From a virus (taxonomy: Duplodnaviria; Caudoviricetes), in IMG/VR virus record IMGVR_UViG_2671180292_000001, positions 1 to 64,000 of that record: 64,000 nucleotides of DNA. One strand, written 5' to 3'. A model generated the notes under the pieces. It saw nothing but the letters and a program-made list of their open reading frames with translations, had not been told where the DNA came from and did not search any database. Made by a program: the position numbers and the translations under genes. Shown in pieces: positions 9,840 to 19,600 of the stretch. Position 1 is the stretch's first letter. Every line of letters begins with the position of its first letter.

Positions 9840-10030
9840 GAGAAGATTCTACGTTGGGGTTGCGAAAATCGCAATAGATATCGGATCATGGAAGGTTGCA
9901 CTCAGCGCAGCCACTCCGGCACTCGCTGACATGTTCGAATGACATCGCCCTCGTACCCTGATCCTGATAGCCGTGGACTTCGGAGCGCCGCGGGCATACC
10001 CGACCGCGCCACCGAGTTGAGCCGTCCCCG

Positions 10031-10765
10031 TCACACTTCTGGGCGCCTCCGACGCTTGCGGCTCGCTCCCCGGGTTCTACGGAGCAACACCCGCGCCGCA
10101 GCATCTCCCAAGTGGTAGCGGTAAGGATGCCCCGGCACGACCTCGTGCCCACGCAGCAACTCCCGCACTCGGCGCGCGCTGACTTTCCCGTTGCGCAGCA
10201 TCCGGGCCAGGTCTGCCGCTGTGACCAACATCCCCGCATCCTCCGACGAAGCCGAAGGATGCGAGCCGCCAGGCTTGTCGGCCCCCTGCGCTGGATCGTC
10301 CTCTGCTGGCTCGGCCGTTGCTGGCTCCACATCATCATGAGCCTGCACTCGGCTGTTGGCGATCCACTGTCCGATCCGCCGGTCGATCCGATCATCGATT
10401 CGGTTAGCGACCCGCGCCTGTACCAGCGTGTCTAACCGCCCAGTCAGTCGGGTGTCGAAGTGGTCGTCGAGCCGCTGTCGTAGATTCTTGTCCGCCCACC
10501 AGTCGGCCCAGGTGAAGAACCTGGCGTCGAACTTCTCTCCGATGAAGTCGTCTGCTCTCGCGTCGAAGTACGCGTCGAGGAGTTCTTTCAGGTCGGCCTT
10601 GGGTAGGGCGTCGAACTGTTCCCGGAACGCGGCGTCGAAGTACGCGCCGATCTGCTCCTTCAGCTCTGCGCCAGCCCAGGCCTGAAGCCGCGCGTCTACG
10701 CGGGCGTCGAACTCGTCGCTTGCCCATTCCTCGACCCACCGTGTGACCAGCGCCTTGAGCCCCAT
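10031..10765 (-). CDS. Hypothetical protein
   Basis: Repetitive D/F/R helical region; C-terminal AADLARML..ARRVRELLR HTH-like segment. Confidence 0.55.
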   Translation of the reverse strand: MGLKALVTRWVEEWASDEFDARVDARLQAWAGAELKEQIGAYFDAAFREQFDALPKADLKELLDAYFDARADDFIGEKFDARFFTWADWWADKNLRQRLDDHFDTRLTGRLDTLVQARVANRIDDRIDRRIGQWIANSRVQAHDDVEPATAEPAEDDPAQGADKPGGSHPSASSEDAGMLVTAADLARMLRNGKVSARRVRELLRGHEVVPGHPYRYHLGDAAARVLLRRTRGASRKRRRRPEV

Positions 10766-10913
10766 GGAGTCCCCTCGCCAAGAGTCCGGGAAGGTGCCGC
10801 TGAACGCCACGGTACGAAGCATGGACAAGTCCGGATAGTCGTCACAAGGGGCATGTTCCCGTCGCCTCGAAGAGATGAAATTCGGGGGTCGACAAAGCGA
10901 CGAACAGCTGCTG

Positions 10914-11309
10914 TTACTGGACGTCCTGCCATAGCCCGATCTGCTCGTCGGACTCGGTTGCGGCGGCCACGTCGTCGAGCGTCACGGCGCCGGCGGGCTG
11001 GACGGGTCGGGGCATGCAGGCCGTGCAGCCGAGGTTCGGCCAGCGCTTGGCCGTCCACGTTCCGGGAGTCAGCCGTTTGCCGCAGCGTGTCCGGTCGAGA
11101 TGCCGACCGTCGATGGTGTGGCCGACGTCGTCGCGGGGGCTACCTCCGTGGTTGAACACCACGTAGTGGCTGACTGCGATCGGCCACCAGGACTGGCAGC
11201 GGGTGCAGGTCAGGCCGATCGGCCGGGGAGGCCGGGCTTCGGTGTCGCACCACGCCTTGAGGTCGTGTCCGGTGGGGATGCACTGGTCCGTACGTTCCGG
11301 AATGATCAT
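10914..11309 (-). CDS. Hypothetical Cys-containing protein
   Basis: CxxC motifs; ATGA overlap with GIY-YIG gene. Confidence 0.55.
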   Translation of the reverse strand: MIIPERTDQCIPTGHDLKAWCDTEARPPRPIGLTCTRCQSWWPIAVSHYVVFNHGGSPRDDVGHTIDGRHLDRTRCGKRLTPGTWTAKRWPNLGCTACMPRPVQPAGAVTLDDVAAATESDEQIGLWQDVQ

Positions 11310-11944
11310 CTGCTGGCCTTCTTGTTGAGGTATGGCTTGTACTGCTTCAGAAGGCGATCCTCGAGCTGGTAGGCGGCCTCCCGGTCAGTGCAGGGGTAGG
11401 CCACCCAGCGAGCGAAGTCCTTCCTCGCCTGCCCTGCCTGCCCCTTGCCGTGGTAGTGCGCATCGAGGCGGGTCTTGAATCTCGACGTGCTGCCGACATA
11501 ACAGGGCTCGTTCAGACGGTCGAAGAGGACGTAGACGACTGCTTGCCCGTCTCGTGGCCGCGGGTCGTGGGGTTCGAGATCGGCAAGCCCGGACCAGAAG
11601 CCGTCCTCGTTTTGCTCGTACCGTTTGCTGAAGCGTCCTGCGCTCTGCTGGTACATCGAGTTGTAGCGGACTGGCATGGCCTCGTTCCAGAGCGCGGTGA
11701 TCGTTGGCCGCTGGTGCCTGTGGGCCTCTTTGCCGTCCAACCCTGGCGTGACCATCAAGCTGCGGTAGCGGGTGTAGATGTCGAGGAACTCCTCGAAGTT
11801 GAGCTTGCCGGCGGCGTAGTCGCATTTGATCCGGTGGAGCACCTGCCGTTCGGCGTCAAGCTGGGCCTGCATGAGTTTGTCGATCTTCCGGGCGATGAGT
11901 TCGATGTGCTGGAAGGTCGCGCCGTAGGGATCAGTTTCGGTCAC
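11306..11944 (-). CDS. GIY-YIG nuclease family protein
   Basis: VVYVLFD..CYVGST..RL..H...E..L..KPYLN. Confidence 0.85.
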   Translation of the reverse strand: MTETDPYGATFQHIELIARKIDKLMQAQLDAERQVLHRIKCDYAAGKLNFEEFLDIYTRYRSLMVTPGLDGKEAHRHQRPTITALWNEAMPVRYNSMYQQSAGRFSKRYEQNEDGFWSGLADLEPHDPRPRDGQAVVYVLFDRLNEPCYVGSTSRFKTRLDAHYHGKGQAGQARKDFARWVAYPCTDREAAYQLEDRLLKQYKPYLNKKASR

Positions 11945-11987
11945 GAGGATCTCCTGGGTTGGGGGACTGTCGGGCCTGTGCGGGTGG

Positions 11988-13343
11988 TCAGCTTTCGGGG
12001 GCAAAGTTGCTGATCATGGCGTAGTGGCCTTGGAAAACGGCTGTCACGGTCCCCGTGGGGCCGTTGCGGTTCTTCGCAACGATGAAGTCGATCTCGCCTG
12101 CTCGCGGGGACTCCTTGTCATAGACGTCCGGGCGGTGGAGCAGGATCACCACGTTCGCGTCGTTCTCCAGGCCGCCGGATTCGCGGAGGTCGGCCATCAT
12201 CGGCACGTGGTCGGCGCGCTGCTCGGGGCCGCGGTTGAGCTGGGCCAGCACGACGATCGGGATGCCGAACCGCTTCGCCAGCAGCTTGATGTCGCGGGAC
12301 ATCTTCTGGACCTCGGCCTGCCGATTCTCCGCCTTCTCTCCCAGGCTCTTCAGCAGCTGGAGGTAGTCGAGCACAACGAAGCCGTACGGGGTGCCCTTGC
12401 GCTGCATCGCGACTAGGCGCCGTTCCAGGCTCGCGACGGTGAACGCTGTGCTGGGGTCGACGACCGTCAGCAGCGGCCCGGCCTCGGCGGCGAGCGCGTA
12501 GCCCTTGGCGAGACGGTCCCAGTCGGCGTCCGTTAGGACGTCCCGCCGCTCGGTCATGGTGAGGGTTTTGCGGAGCTCGACCTTGGCTGTGGCGGCGATC
12601 AGCCGGGCGGACACCTCGTGGTGGTCCATCTCCAGCGTGACGAGCATCGTTCTGACGCCTTTGATCGCGGCATAGCGGGCCATCTCCGTGCCGACCAAGC
12701 TCTTCCCGACGGCCGGGCGGGCACCCACCACGATGACGTTTCCCGGGCGTAGACCGCCGTGTAGCAGCTCGGCGAGGTCAACCCATGGCACCGGCACCAC
12801 CGCCACCGCTGTGGGGTTCTCCGCGGCTTCCATGCTGCGGCGGTACAGCTCGTCCCAGGTGACCGCATCCGGGTCCTCCACGTCCGGGCTTCCGGCCTGG
12901 TCGAGCAGGGCCCGCGCTTGGTCCCGCATCGCCTCAATCTCGTCGAGGCCCGCCCCCGCGGACAGGTGCGCCAGGCGGAGGCCGAGGCGGGACATGCGGC
13001 GGATGTAGGCGTAGCCCGACACCTCGGCGACCTGGGTGTCGAACTGGCCCCGAGTGACGAGCTGGCCGCGGGTGACGAGCTCGGGCAGGTACCGCAGCAC
13101 CATGACGTTGTGCTGCCGCTGGGCGGCCTGCGAAAGCGCGAGGAACCCCGGCTCGTGCCCCTCGGCGGCCACATCGAGGATCAGCCGGTAGACGACCTGG
13201 TGGATCGGCCGGGCGAAGTCCTCCACCGCCAGGCGCTCCATGAGCGTGTACGCCTGCGAGGGGGTTGCGAGGACCGCGCCGAGGACAGCAGCCTCGGTCT
13301 CGATCTCAACCTCGGACGGTGCCGCGCTTGTCTCGACCGTCAT
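11988..13343 (-). CDS. dnaB: Replicative DNA helicase, DnaB family
   Basis: GARPAVGKS Walker A, LDYLQL, LAQLNRG, DLRESGGLENDAN, KNRNGPTG. Confidence 0.95.
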   Translation of the reverse strand: MTVETSAAPSEVEIETEAAVLGAVLATPSQAYTLMERLAVEDFARPIHQVVYRLILDVAAEGHEPGFLALSQAAQRQHNVMVLRYLPELVTRGQLVTRGQFDTQVAEVSGYAYIRRMSRLGLRLAHLSAGAGLDEIEAMRDQARALLDQAGSPDVEDPDAVTWDELYRRSMEAAENPTAVAVVPVPWVDLAELLHGGLRPGNVIVVGARPAVGKSLVGTEMARYAAIKGVRTMLVTLEMDHHEVSARLIAATAKVELRKTLTMTERRDVLTDADWDRLAKGYALAAEAGPLLTVVDPSTAFTVASLERRLVAMQRKGTPYGFVVLDYLQLLKSLGEKAENRQAEVQKMSRDIKLLAKRFGIPIVVLAQLNRGPEQRADHVPMMADLRESGGLENDANVVILLHRPDVYDKESPRAGEIDFIVAKNRNGPTGTVTAVFQGHYAMISNFAPES

Positions 13344-14326
13344 GCAGGAACTCCTCTCAGCGCTCGGGGGTGGCAGCGAGGGCAGATCGACGGCCGGCGT
13401 TCCTCGTCGTACAGGTGCCGGTCGGCGGGCATGGCCGGGTCGTGGCGGGGGTCGTCACAGCGAGGCGGGAGCGTCTGCGGACCTGTCGCCGCTTCCGTGG
13501 GTGGATCGGGCAGGTCCCGTAGGCGTGCCGTCCAGACGGCGTAGACGCTCTGCGCTCCGCTCAGGTTCGTGACGAGTTCGGGCTGCAAGGTCTCCACGGT
13601 CCAGCCGCGTGCCAGGCATGCGGCGACGAGCTTGGTTAGGCGGTTCCGCTGAGTCACGGCGGGTTGGCGCGGCCACGGCAGCGACTGCACGAGCCGGTCG
13701 GCTTTTGCTTGATGGTCGTTTTGAAGGTCCTCCGCCTCCCCGTTGCGGTGTGGCAGCTGCGGCTCGGGAGGCGTTGTATCGACGGGGGGCAGGGGGGAAG
13801 GGGTGGTCTTCTTCTCTTTGGTGTTCTGAGGAATGGTCTTCTTATAGGGCGTGCGATCCTCCGACATCAGCTCAGCTGATATCAGCTCATCCGTCGTCGG
13901 CTGAGCTGATGACAGCTTTTCTGACAGTGGCTCTGAGCTGGGAGGATCGTTTTCGGGGGCCGTCGTACACTTTTCTGACAGTGGATCTGAGCTGGGGATA
14001 TGCTCTTCCGGGCAGTCAGTGATCCAGTACTCGGTGCCGACGACTTGCCTAGTCTTCGGATCGCGGACCTGGACGCGTACGAGGTAGCCGTACTTCTCCA
14101 ACTCGGAGATAGCGACACGGATGGCGTGGATGCCCTCGGGGCCGTTCTCGGCGAGCTTGGCGATGCTGGTCTTCCACCCCTCCTTATGAGAGGCGAGTTC
14201 CACGAACAGACCCCGGGCGCGGCGGCTAAGCCTCCGGTCGCGGGCGAGGTCGTTGGACACCTGCGTGAAGTGGTCGCCGCGCATTCGCATGCGGCGGATG
14301 GCGCTGTGGTTCGACTCGATGGCCAT
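13340..14326 (-). CDS. Phage replication initiator (N-terminal wHTH)
   Basis: FTQVSNDLARDRRLSRRARGL...ISELEKYGYL; directly upstream of and coupled to DnaB. Confidence 0.75.
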   Translation of the reverse strand: MAIESNHSAIRRMRMRGDHFTQVSNDLARDRRLSRRARGLFVELASHKEGWKTSIAKLAENGPEGIHAIRVAISELEKYGYLVRVQVRDPKTRQVVGTEYWITDCPEEHIPSSDPLSEKCTTAPENDPPSSEPLSEKLSSAQPTTDELISAELMSEDRTPYKKTIPQNTKEKKTTPSPLPPVDTTPPEPQLPHRNGEAEDLQNDHQAKADRLVQSLPWPRQPAVTQRNRLTKLVAACLARGWTVETLQPELVTNLSGAQSVYAVWTARLRDLPDPPTEAATGPQTLPPRCDDPRHDPAMPADRHLYDEERRPSICPRCHPRALRGVPA

Positions 14327-15036
14327 CAGACGCGCGCCCCTCGACTGGAGTTGCAGGGCTGGCACGACAACACGAGGTTGCGCACCTGGTGCGAACCGTT
14401 AAGGGACTGCGGAACCTGGTGGTCTACTGTCGCCATGACACGGTGGCTACCGGGCTTGACGTACCGGTGGCCCTTCTGGTCGTACTCGATGTCGTCGTCG
14501 GTGCAGACGTCGATCAGGCCGATGCCGCAGTGTGCGCAGCGCCATCCGCCGTCGCGTTCGGCGATGCGGTGCAGCTTCAAGTGCCCTGCGGGGATCTTCT
14601 CGGGGTTGAGGTTCTTGGGTGCCTGGGGTTGGTTCCACGTGGGGAAGTCGCTGGGGGCGCCGTACCTCCTCGCGGCGCGTTCTACCCATCCGTCGGCGTC
14701 CAGTGTGGGGACCCCGCAACCGAACGGGACCTCTTTCATCGCGTCCACGAGCAGAGCTGCGACGATGGTGGCGACGGTGATCATTGTCTGTTCACGAGCT
14801 TGGTCCCGGACGTACATCCGATACCTCCCCGTGTCCACGTACTCATATGGGACTTCCGACACCGGCGGTGGGATGAACGGTGTTATGGCCTCGATCGCGC
14901 GGCGCAAGGTGTCAGTGCGCCTAAATTCGCTCAGCGGAATGATCAGGTTCCAGCCGTCGAGGCGAGGCTGCTCGGGAAGTCGTAGGTCCAGTGCGGGGGG
15001 TGTTTCGTCACCGTGGGCAGCGTTGGGTACGCTCAC
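14326..15036 (-). CDS. HNH endonuclease
   Basis: RDGGWRCAHC...TVDHQVP...NLVLSCQPCNSSRG; GAGGAG before GTG 15036. Confidence 0.85.
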   Translation of the reverse strand: MSVPNAAHGDETPPALDLRLPEQPRLDGWNLIIPLSEFRRTDTLRRAIEAITPFIPPPVSEVPYEYVDTGRYRMYVRDQAREQTMITVATIVAALLVDAMKEVPFGCGVPTLDADGWVERAARRYGAPSDFPTWNQPQAPKNLNPEKIPAGHLKLHRIAERDGGWRCAHCGIGLIDVCTDDDIEYDQKGHRYVKPGSHRVMATVDHQVPQSLNGSHQVRNLVLSCQPCNSSRGARV

Positions 15037-15153
15037 CTGGTCTCCTCGTCTCGTGCAGAGGGTGAAGTGAGACGCCATCCGGTCAGGTGGTCGCACACCT
15101 TTCCGGCGGCAACGGCGGTCCTGAGGGCCGCCGTTCGTCGGTTAACGGGGTGT

Positions 15154-15732
15154 CTACATGGCGCACTCCGCTGGAGCGGTCAGCAGCCCGCCGGGGATAT
15201 CGGCGACCCTGATGATCTGCCTCTCGCCGATGAACCGACGTGTGACCAGCACGCCGGCGTCGTGGACGTGCTCGCCTGCGTGGCTGGCTGAGGCGTCCTC
15301 GATCAGCCATGGGGTCAGATCGGCTTCGAACGCGCCGAGGGCGGTGGCTAGGACGCAGCTTTCGGTGGCGATGCCGCACACGTAGATGTCCCGCCAGCCG
15401 CGCTTAGCGACGAGGGCCGCACCGGCGGAGTCTGCGAACAGGCCGTAGCCGCGTTTGTCGATCACGATGGCCTTTTCGGTGTACGGCTGGAGTTCGTCCA
15501 CGATGTCGATCTGCGGGGACTCCATGCACTCCGACCATCGAACCAGCCGCTCGAACGGCGATCCCGGATAGTTGATGTACCGGGTGAACAGCACGTTCCC
15601 TCCGGCGGTCTGCCAGCGGGAGACGAGTCCTGCGATCACGGGCACGACGTGGGCTGACTCCTCGCGGACGAATCCGTTCTGGACGTCGACGACCACGAGT
15701 ACCGATCCGTCCCGGGATGGGACTTCGCTCAT
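15154..15732 (-). CDS. Isochorismatase/nicotinamidase-family cysteine hydrolase
   Basis: VVVDVQNGF, IDKRGYG, GIATESCV (D-K-C triad). Confidence 0.9.
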   Translation of the reverse strand: MSEVPSRDGSVLVVVDVQNGFVREESAHVVPVIAGLVSRWQTAGGNVLFTRYINYPGSPFERLVRWSECMESPQIDIVDELQPYTEKAIVIDKRGYGLFADSAGAALVAKRGWRDIYVCGIATESCVLATALGAFEADLTPWLIEDASASHAGEHVHDAGVLVTRRFIGERQIIRVADIPGGLLTAPAECAM

Positions 15733-16853
15733 TTCGTTCCTGTCTCTCGAAGGGTTTCGGTTGCCTGTTGTAGATGGCCCATGAGTCCGCTGGTCTCGAG
15801 GATCGTGTCCCGCATCGAGCGGTGCTGGCCTGTCTCCTGCGGGCGGGGGTTCGCTAGTCGGGAACGGGCCGCGCGCAGGAAGTTCCAGCCGAAGCCGTCG
15901 GCCACCGACGGGTCCTCGCCTTGTTCGACTCGGCCGTTGATGTGCTCGCAGTAGGCCCACATCGACTGGACGGCGAGCTCGCACGTGACCAGCTCGTATT
16001 CGGTGAGGGACCGGGCCGGGTCGATCGGGTGGTAGGCCACACCCGACCAGGAGGCGTAGCCGATGGACACGCCGTTGAGACCGAACCCGCGGAGTTCCTG
16101 GTGGTCGAACCCTTCGGCGAGCAGGGACCGTTCGGCCTGCTGGGCGAGTGGCAGGCAGTCGTCGCTGTCGGTGTCGCGGTCGACAAGGATCCGTGGGGCG
16201 CACATGAGTCGTACGGCGGTGTCGAGCACGCGGCCTGACCATGGCGGGGAGTGCAGCCAGTAGAGGCTGAGCACGTAGGACGCAGCGACATCGCCGAGGC
16301 CGGTCGCCGACCTCAGGTAGTCGGTGGCCCAGGACAGGTTCGCCTCGTAGGAGCGGTACCTCCACAGCGCGAGGTTCGCGATGTCGGGCAGGTCGAGGTC
16401 TTCGACGAGATGGAAGACCGCGACACCGAAGGGCCACAGGTGGAGCTGGCACGCCCCCGTCGGGTGCTCGACTGGTAGCGAGCGGCTATCGAGCCCCGGT
16501 GAGGCGCCGCCTACCGCGTTGCCCGCAAGTCGCTTCACGGCATCGGTTCCGATGTAGGCGGCGATGAACTTGTGGGATCGCACGCCGAGTCGGTCGGCCG
16601 GTGCCGGTGTCACCGTGGTCGCGGCGATGAGCACGTCGCCAGGGGGGACCACGGTCGTCTCCCATGCTTCGACAGCTTCGGGAGAGACTGGCCAGCCGAC
16701 GATCTGGGTCAGGAGCGCGGCGAACTCGCCGTGGGTGTAGCCCAGGCTGTTACGGGTCATGACCAGCCGGTTTCGGGCAAGGCTGGCGCAGTCCGGTTGG
16801 TACGTGGAGCGGGTGCGCAGGTCAACGACTTGGCTTCGCTCAAGCACCGTCAT
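15729..16853 (-). CDS. HTH-containing protein with unknown C-terminal domain
   Basis: N-terminal LGYTHGEFAALL..AVEAWE XRE-like segment; ATGA-coupled to the hydrolase. Confidence 0.7.
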   Translation of the reverse strand: MTVLERSQVVDLRTRSTYQPDCASLARNRLVMTRNSLGYTHGEFAALLTQIVGWPVSPEAVEAWETTVVPPGDVLIAATTVTPAPADRLGVRSHKFIAAYIGTDAVKRLAGNAVGGASPGLDSRSLPVEHPTGACQLHLWPFGVAVFHLVEDLDLPDIANLALWRYRSYEANLSWATDYLRSATGLGDVAASYVLSLYWLHSPPWSGRVLDTAVRLMCAPRILVDRDTDSDDCLPLAQQAERSLLAEGFDHQELRGFGLNGVSIGYASWSGVAYHPIDPARSLTEYELVTCELAVQSMWAYCEHINGRVEQGEDPSVADGFGWNFLRAARSRLANPRPQETGQHRSMRDTILETSGLMGHLQQATETLRETGTK

Positions 16854-16869
16854 CCTCGCTTTCGTGGGG

Positions 16870-17337
16870 TCATGTTCCGGTGCCGCGCCGTCGCGGCTTG
16901 GGGGCGGTCTGTCTGTTGTTGGGCGTGTTGTGTCCGAGGCGCTGGTAGAGCTGCTCCACGAGGCTCCGCAGCTCGATCACCTCGGCGGTGAGATCTCTGT
17001 CCTCGCGGCCAGCGCCAACGCGCTCGTTGAGTGCGCGGACGTCCTCCCTGAGGCCGGCGACCTGTTGTGCCAGGTCTTCTAGCGTGATGCGCTTTTCTTC
17101 GACTTCTTGGGGCTTGGCGATCACGTAGACGGCTTTGCCGGGCTGGCCCTGGAGCAGCCCTTCATTACGGAGCAGCTTCACGGCCTCTCGCACCACCGTC
17201 CTGGACACGCCATAGCTCTGCGCTAGGTCTGCTGTCGATGGGATGGCGCTGCCCACTTCGATGGAACCCGCCGAGATCTGCGACCGCAGGTCGTCTGCGA
17301 GCTTGAGGTAGAAGGCCGAACCGATCGGGTGGCTCAA
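16870..17337 (-). CDS. GntR-family repressor (KorSA/TraR-like position)
   Basis: YLKLADDLR..IPST..YGVSRTVVREAV..GQPGKAVYV plus coiled coil; AGGAG before TTG. Confidence 0.88.
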   Translation of the reverse strand: MSHPIGSAFYLKLADDLRSQISAGSIEVGSAIPSTADLAQSYGVSRTVVREAVKLLRNEGLLQGQPGKAVYVIAKPQEVEEKRITLEDLAQQVAGLREDVRALNERVGAGREDRDLTAEVIELRSLVEQLYQRLGHNTPNNRQTAPKPRRRGTGT

Positions 17338-17419
17338 CGAATCTCCTGGTCTACTTGGCACAGCAATGTGCGTCAAGTGCAGCACATGGGCCTCCTCCAA
17401 TCCACTCTCTGCGTTCGCC

Positions 17420-17449
17420 TTGACAAACCATACTGGCATAGTTCAGCAT
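17420..17449 (+). promoter_or_regulatory. Candidate promoter of the transfer operon
   Basis: TTGACA-N18-CAGCAT with CTGGCAT repeats nearby; ATG at 17457 would be leaderless. Confidence 0.45.
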
Positions 17450-17456
17450 GGCTGGC

Positions 17457-17756
17457 ATGGCAACCGCAAGCGCAATCAAGAGTCGTGACGCCACGGTGAC
17501 CACGACATGCACCTGCAGAACGCAGCCGCTCATGCCAGTGCCGGACGCAGCGAGGATGCTCGCCCGCTCGAAGGAGTACCTCTACTTGGGGCTCCGTGAG
17601 GGCCGGTTCCCCGGCGCGAGGTTTGGCCGCTCATGGGGAATCCCGCGAGCGTTCATCGAGGGCTTCATCCGGACGGTTGAGCACGGCCAGCGCGTCGACT
17701 TCGAGGAGTACGCCTCAGCCTGGCTCACGGCCGGCGAGGCAGAGCAGGTGACGTGA
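17457..17756 (+). CDS. Excisionase-like HTH protein
   Basis: LMPVPDAARML..YLYLGLREGRFPGARFGRSWGIP; start uncertain. Confidence 0.8.
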   Translation: MATASAIKSRDATVTTTCTCRTQPLMPVPDAARMLARSKEYLYLGLREGRFPGARFGRSWGIPRAFIEGFIRTVEHGQRVDFEEYASAWLTAGEAEQVT

Positions 17757-18184
17757 TGACCGCCCCAAACACGCAGAAGGGCCCGTCGGCGTCTGGTTGG
17801 TCGCCTCACCGACAGGCCCCTGGAATCCCAACCCACATCAATGAGGAGGTATCCGTGACTCAGGCTACTAGCCCATCCCGCACGCGTTGTGCGGTCCGGC
17901 AGAACGGCCGGGTCCGCCGGCACCTGCACCTGGCCCCCGCACGGGGGTGCATCTCGTGGTGCTCGGTCGAGGGCGAGCACGAGGTGTGCGAGGCCGAGCC
18001 CATCACGATGGGTGGTGTCGAGGTCCAGATGGCATACGCCGACAGCCGTACCTCCATCTCGGTCCTCGGCAGCACCTGGCACGGCATCGACGACATGACC
18101 GAGGACGAGGCTCAGGCGCTGATGATCGGCCTGGCGTACATGCTGGCCCGCCGTACCGACCCCGCGACGGGGGTGGCGGCATGA
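17753..18184 (+). CDS. Hypothetical protein
   Basis: Coupled at both ends; CISWC..H..C motif. Confidence 0.6.
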   Translation: MMTAPNTQKGPSASGWSPHRQAPGIPTHINEEVSVTQATSPSRTRCAVRQNGRVRRHLHLAPARGCISWCSVEGEHEVCEAEPITMGGVEVQMAYADSRTSISVLGSTWHGIDDMTEDEAQALMIGLAYMLARRTDPATGVAA

Positions 18185-18297
18185 AGCAGGAGCTGACCGA
18201 CCACGAGAAGGAGATGGAGCGGCTCGCGCTCCAGCTCATCCGCGCGAATCAGGCCGACGCCGCCCAGCAGGGCAGCAACGGCAAGCAGGGCCGGTGA
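18181..18297 (+). CDS. Small hypothetical protein
   Basis: ATGA overlap; MKQELTDHEKEMERL. Confidence 0.5.
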   Translation: MKQELTDHEKEMERLALQLIRANQADAAQQGSNGKQGR

Positions 18298-18300
18298 CCG

Positions 18301-18498
18301 GTGATGCTGCGATCGAACCTCACCCCCCGCCGCCGCCTGCCGGTCTCCCCCGACCAGTTGGCCGCCGCCCTGGCCTACATGTTCCCCGGGCTGCTCGTCC
18401 GCTCCCTGCCGAACGAGTCTCCCGAAGAGGCCCGCGCCCGCCGTGACGCGGCGTGGGACATCCTCGACGACCTGCTCGCCGAGGCGGTGACCGCGTGA
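18301..18498 (+). CDS. Small hypothetical protein
   Basis: ESPEEARARRDAAWDILDDL; coupled. Confidence 0.6.
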   Translation: MMLRSNLTPRRRLPVSPDQLAAALAYMFPGLLVRSLPNESPEEARARRDAAWDILDDLLAEAVTA

Positions 18499-18701
18499 TG
18501 AAGTACCTCGTCATCCTGACCATGCAGAAGCCGCTGTCCGAAGGGCTGGGCGTGGTCACCTTCTCCGACACGGTGACCGTCCGGCCTGGGACGTCCCGGT
18601 TCGAGTTGCTCAATTGGGCTATCGGCAAGTTGGACAACAGGTTCCGAACCAACGGGAACATCCTGTGCTTCTACGCCGAGCCTGACGAGCTGGGGCGGTG
18701 A
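18498..18701 (+). CDS. Small hypothetical protein
   Basis: TGATG coupling. Confidence 0.6.
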   Translation: MKYLVILTMQKPLSEGLGVVTFSDTVTVRPGTSRFELLNWAIGKLDNRFRTNGNILCFYAEPDELGR

Positions 18702-18708
18702 CCGCGTG

Positions 18709-18858
18709 ATGACCCGCCGCACGCCGACGTGTCCCCGCTGCGCCGCCAAGGGCCTCACCGTCACCCTCGACGGCGGCCCCGTCCACTGGTGGTGCGTCAA
18801 CGGCCACTCCGCCACCGCCGCCGACGTGTACCACGAGTTCGGCGAGGTGACCCGGTGA
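18709..18858 (+). CDS. Small Zn-ribbon protein (not in ORF track)
   Basis: Read manually: MTRRTPTCPRCAAKGLTVTLDGGPVHWWCVNGH...; overlaps SsgA start. Confidence 0.55.
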   Translation: MTRRTPTCPRCAAKGLTVTLDGGPVHWWCVNGHSATAADVYHEFGEVTR

Positions 18859-19271
18859 ACGCCCCCGCCATCTCCTACCCCGTCGCCGTCTGGGCCAGTG
18901 ACGACCCGACCGTGCTGATCCCGGTCACGCTGGCCTACACCGGTGCCGACCCGCACGCGGTCACCCTCACGTTCCTGCGCGACAGCGGGGAGCCGACGGT
19001 GACCTACCGGTTCGCCCGCGAACTCCTCGAGGACGGCCTCGCCCGGCCCTCGGGTGTGGGGGACGTGCAGGTCCGCCCGCACGAGACGGCCGGCCACCTG
19101 CTGGTGCTCACCCTCCGGCAGGAGGACGCCTACCCGTTCGAGGTGCTCGCCTACCGGGAGCACGTAACCGAGTTCCTGGACCTGGCCGGACTGATCGTGC
19201 CGTCGGACGCCGAGCTGGCGTCGGTGGACATGGACACCGAAATCGCCGCCCTGCTTGGTGGAGGTGCCTGA
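18855..19271 (+). CDS. SsgA-like sporulation/cell-division protein (SALP)
   Basis: IPVTLAY..ADPHAVTLTF..FARELLEDGL..PSGVGDVQVRP..FL...VP..E. Confidence 0.9.
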   Translation: MNAPAISYPVAVWASDDPTVLIPVTLAYTGADPHAVTLTFLRDSGEPTVTYRFARELLEDGLARPSGVGDVQVRPHETAGHLLVLTLRQEDAYPFEVLAYREHVTEFLDLAGLIVPSDAELASVDMDTEIAALLGGGA

Positions 19272-19600
19272 TGTCCTCGTGGCTTGACGAGTTCCTGAAG
19301 AAGATCCGCTACCGCATGCGTCCCAAGATGAAGCCGGTCGGAGTGCATGTGATCGACCAGGGCGAGTGCTACATCTACCGGCCCCGCAACTTCCGCGACG
19401 AGTACCACTTCAGCGGAAGCCGCTTCCCGATTCCCGGAAGCAACTTCCGTGTCATCTGGGTGGTCTCCGGCTTTCTGTGTGCAGAAGAGCCCGGCGCTAC
19501 AGGCCTGGTGTCCTGCCTCAACTGCGGATTCAAGAAGGACTACATGACGAAGGCCGAGGTGCTCCAGCACGTGGACACCTGCGGTCGGGGAGATGCCTGA
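19271..19600 (+). CDS. Hypothetical protein with C-terminal Zn-finger
   Basis: CLNC...H...C; TGATG coupling on both sides. Confidence 0.6.
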   Translation: MSSWLDEFLKKIRYRMRPKMKPVGVHVIDQGECYIYRPRNFRDEYHFSGSRFPIPGSNFRVIWVVSGFLCAEEPGATGLVSCLNCGFKKDYMTKAEVLQHVDTCGRGDA

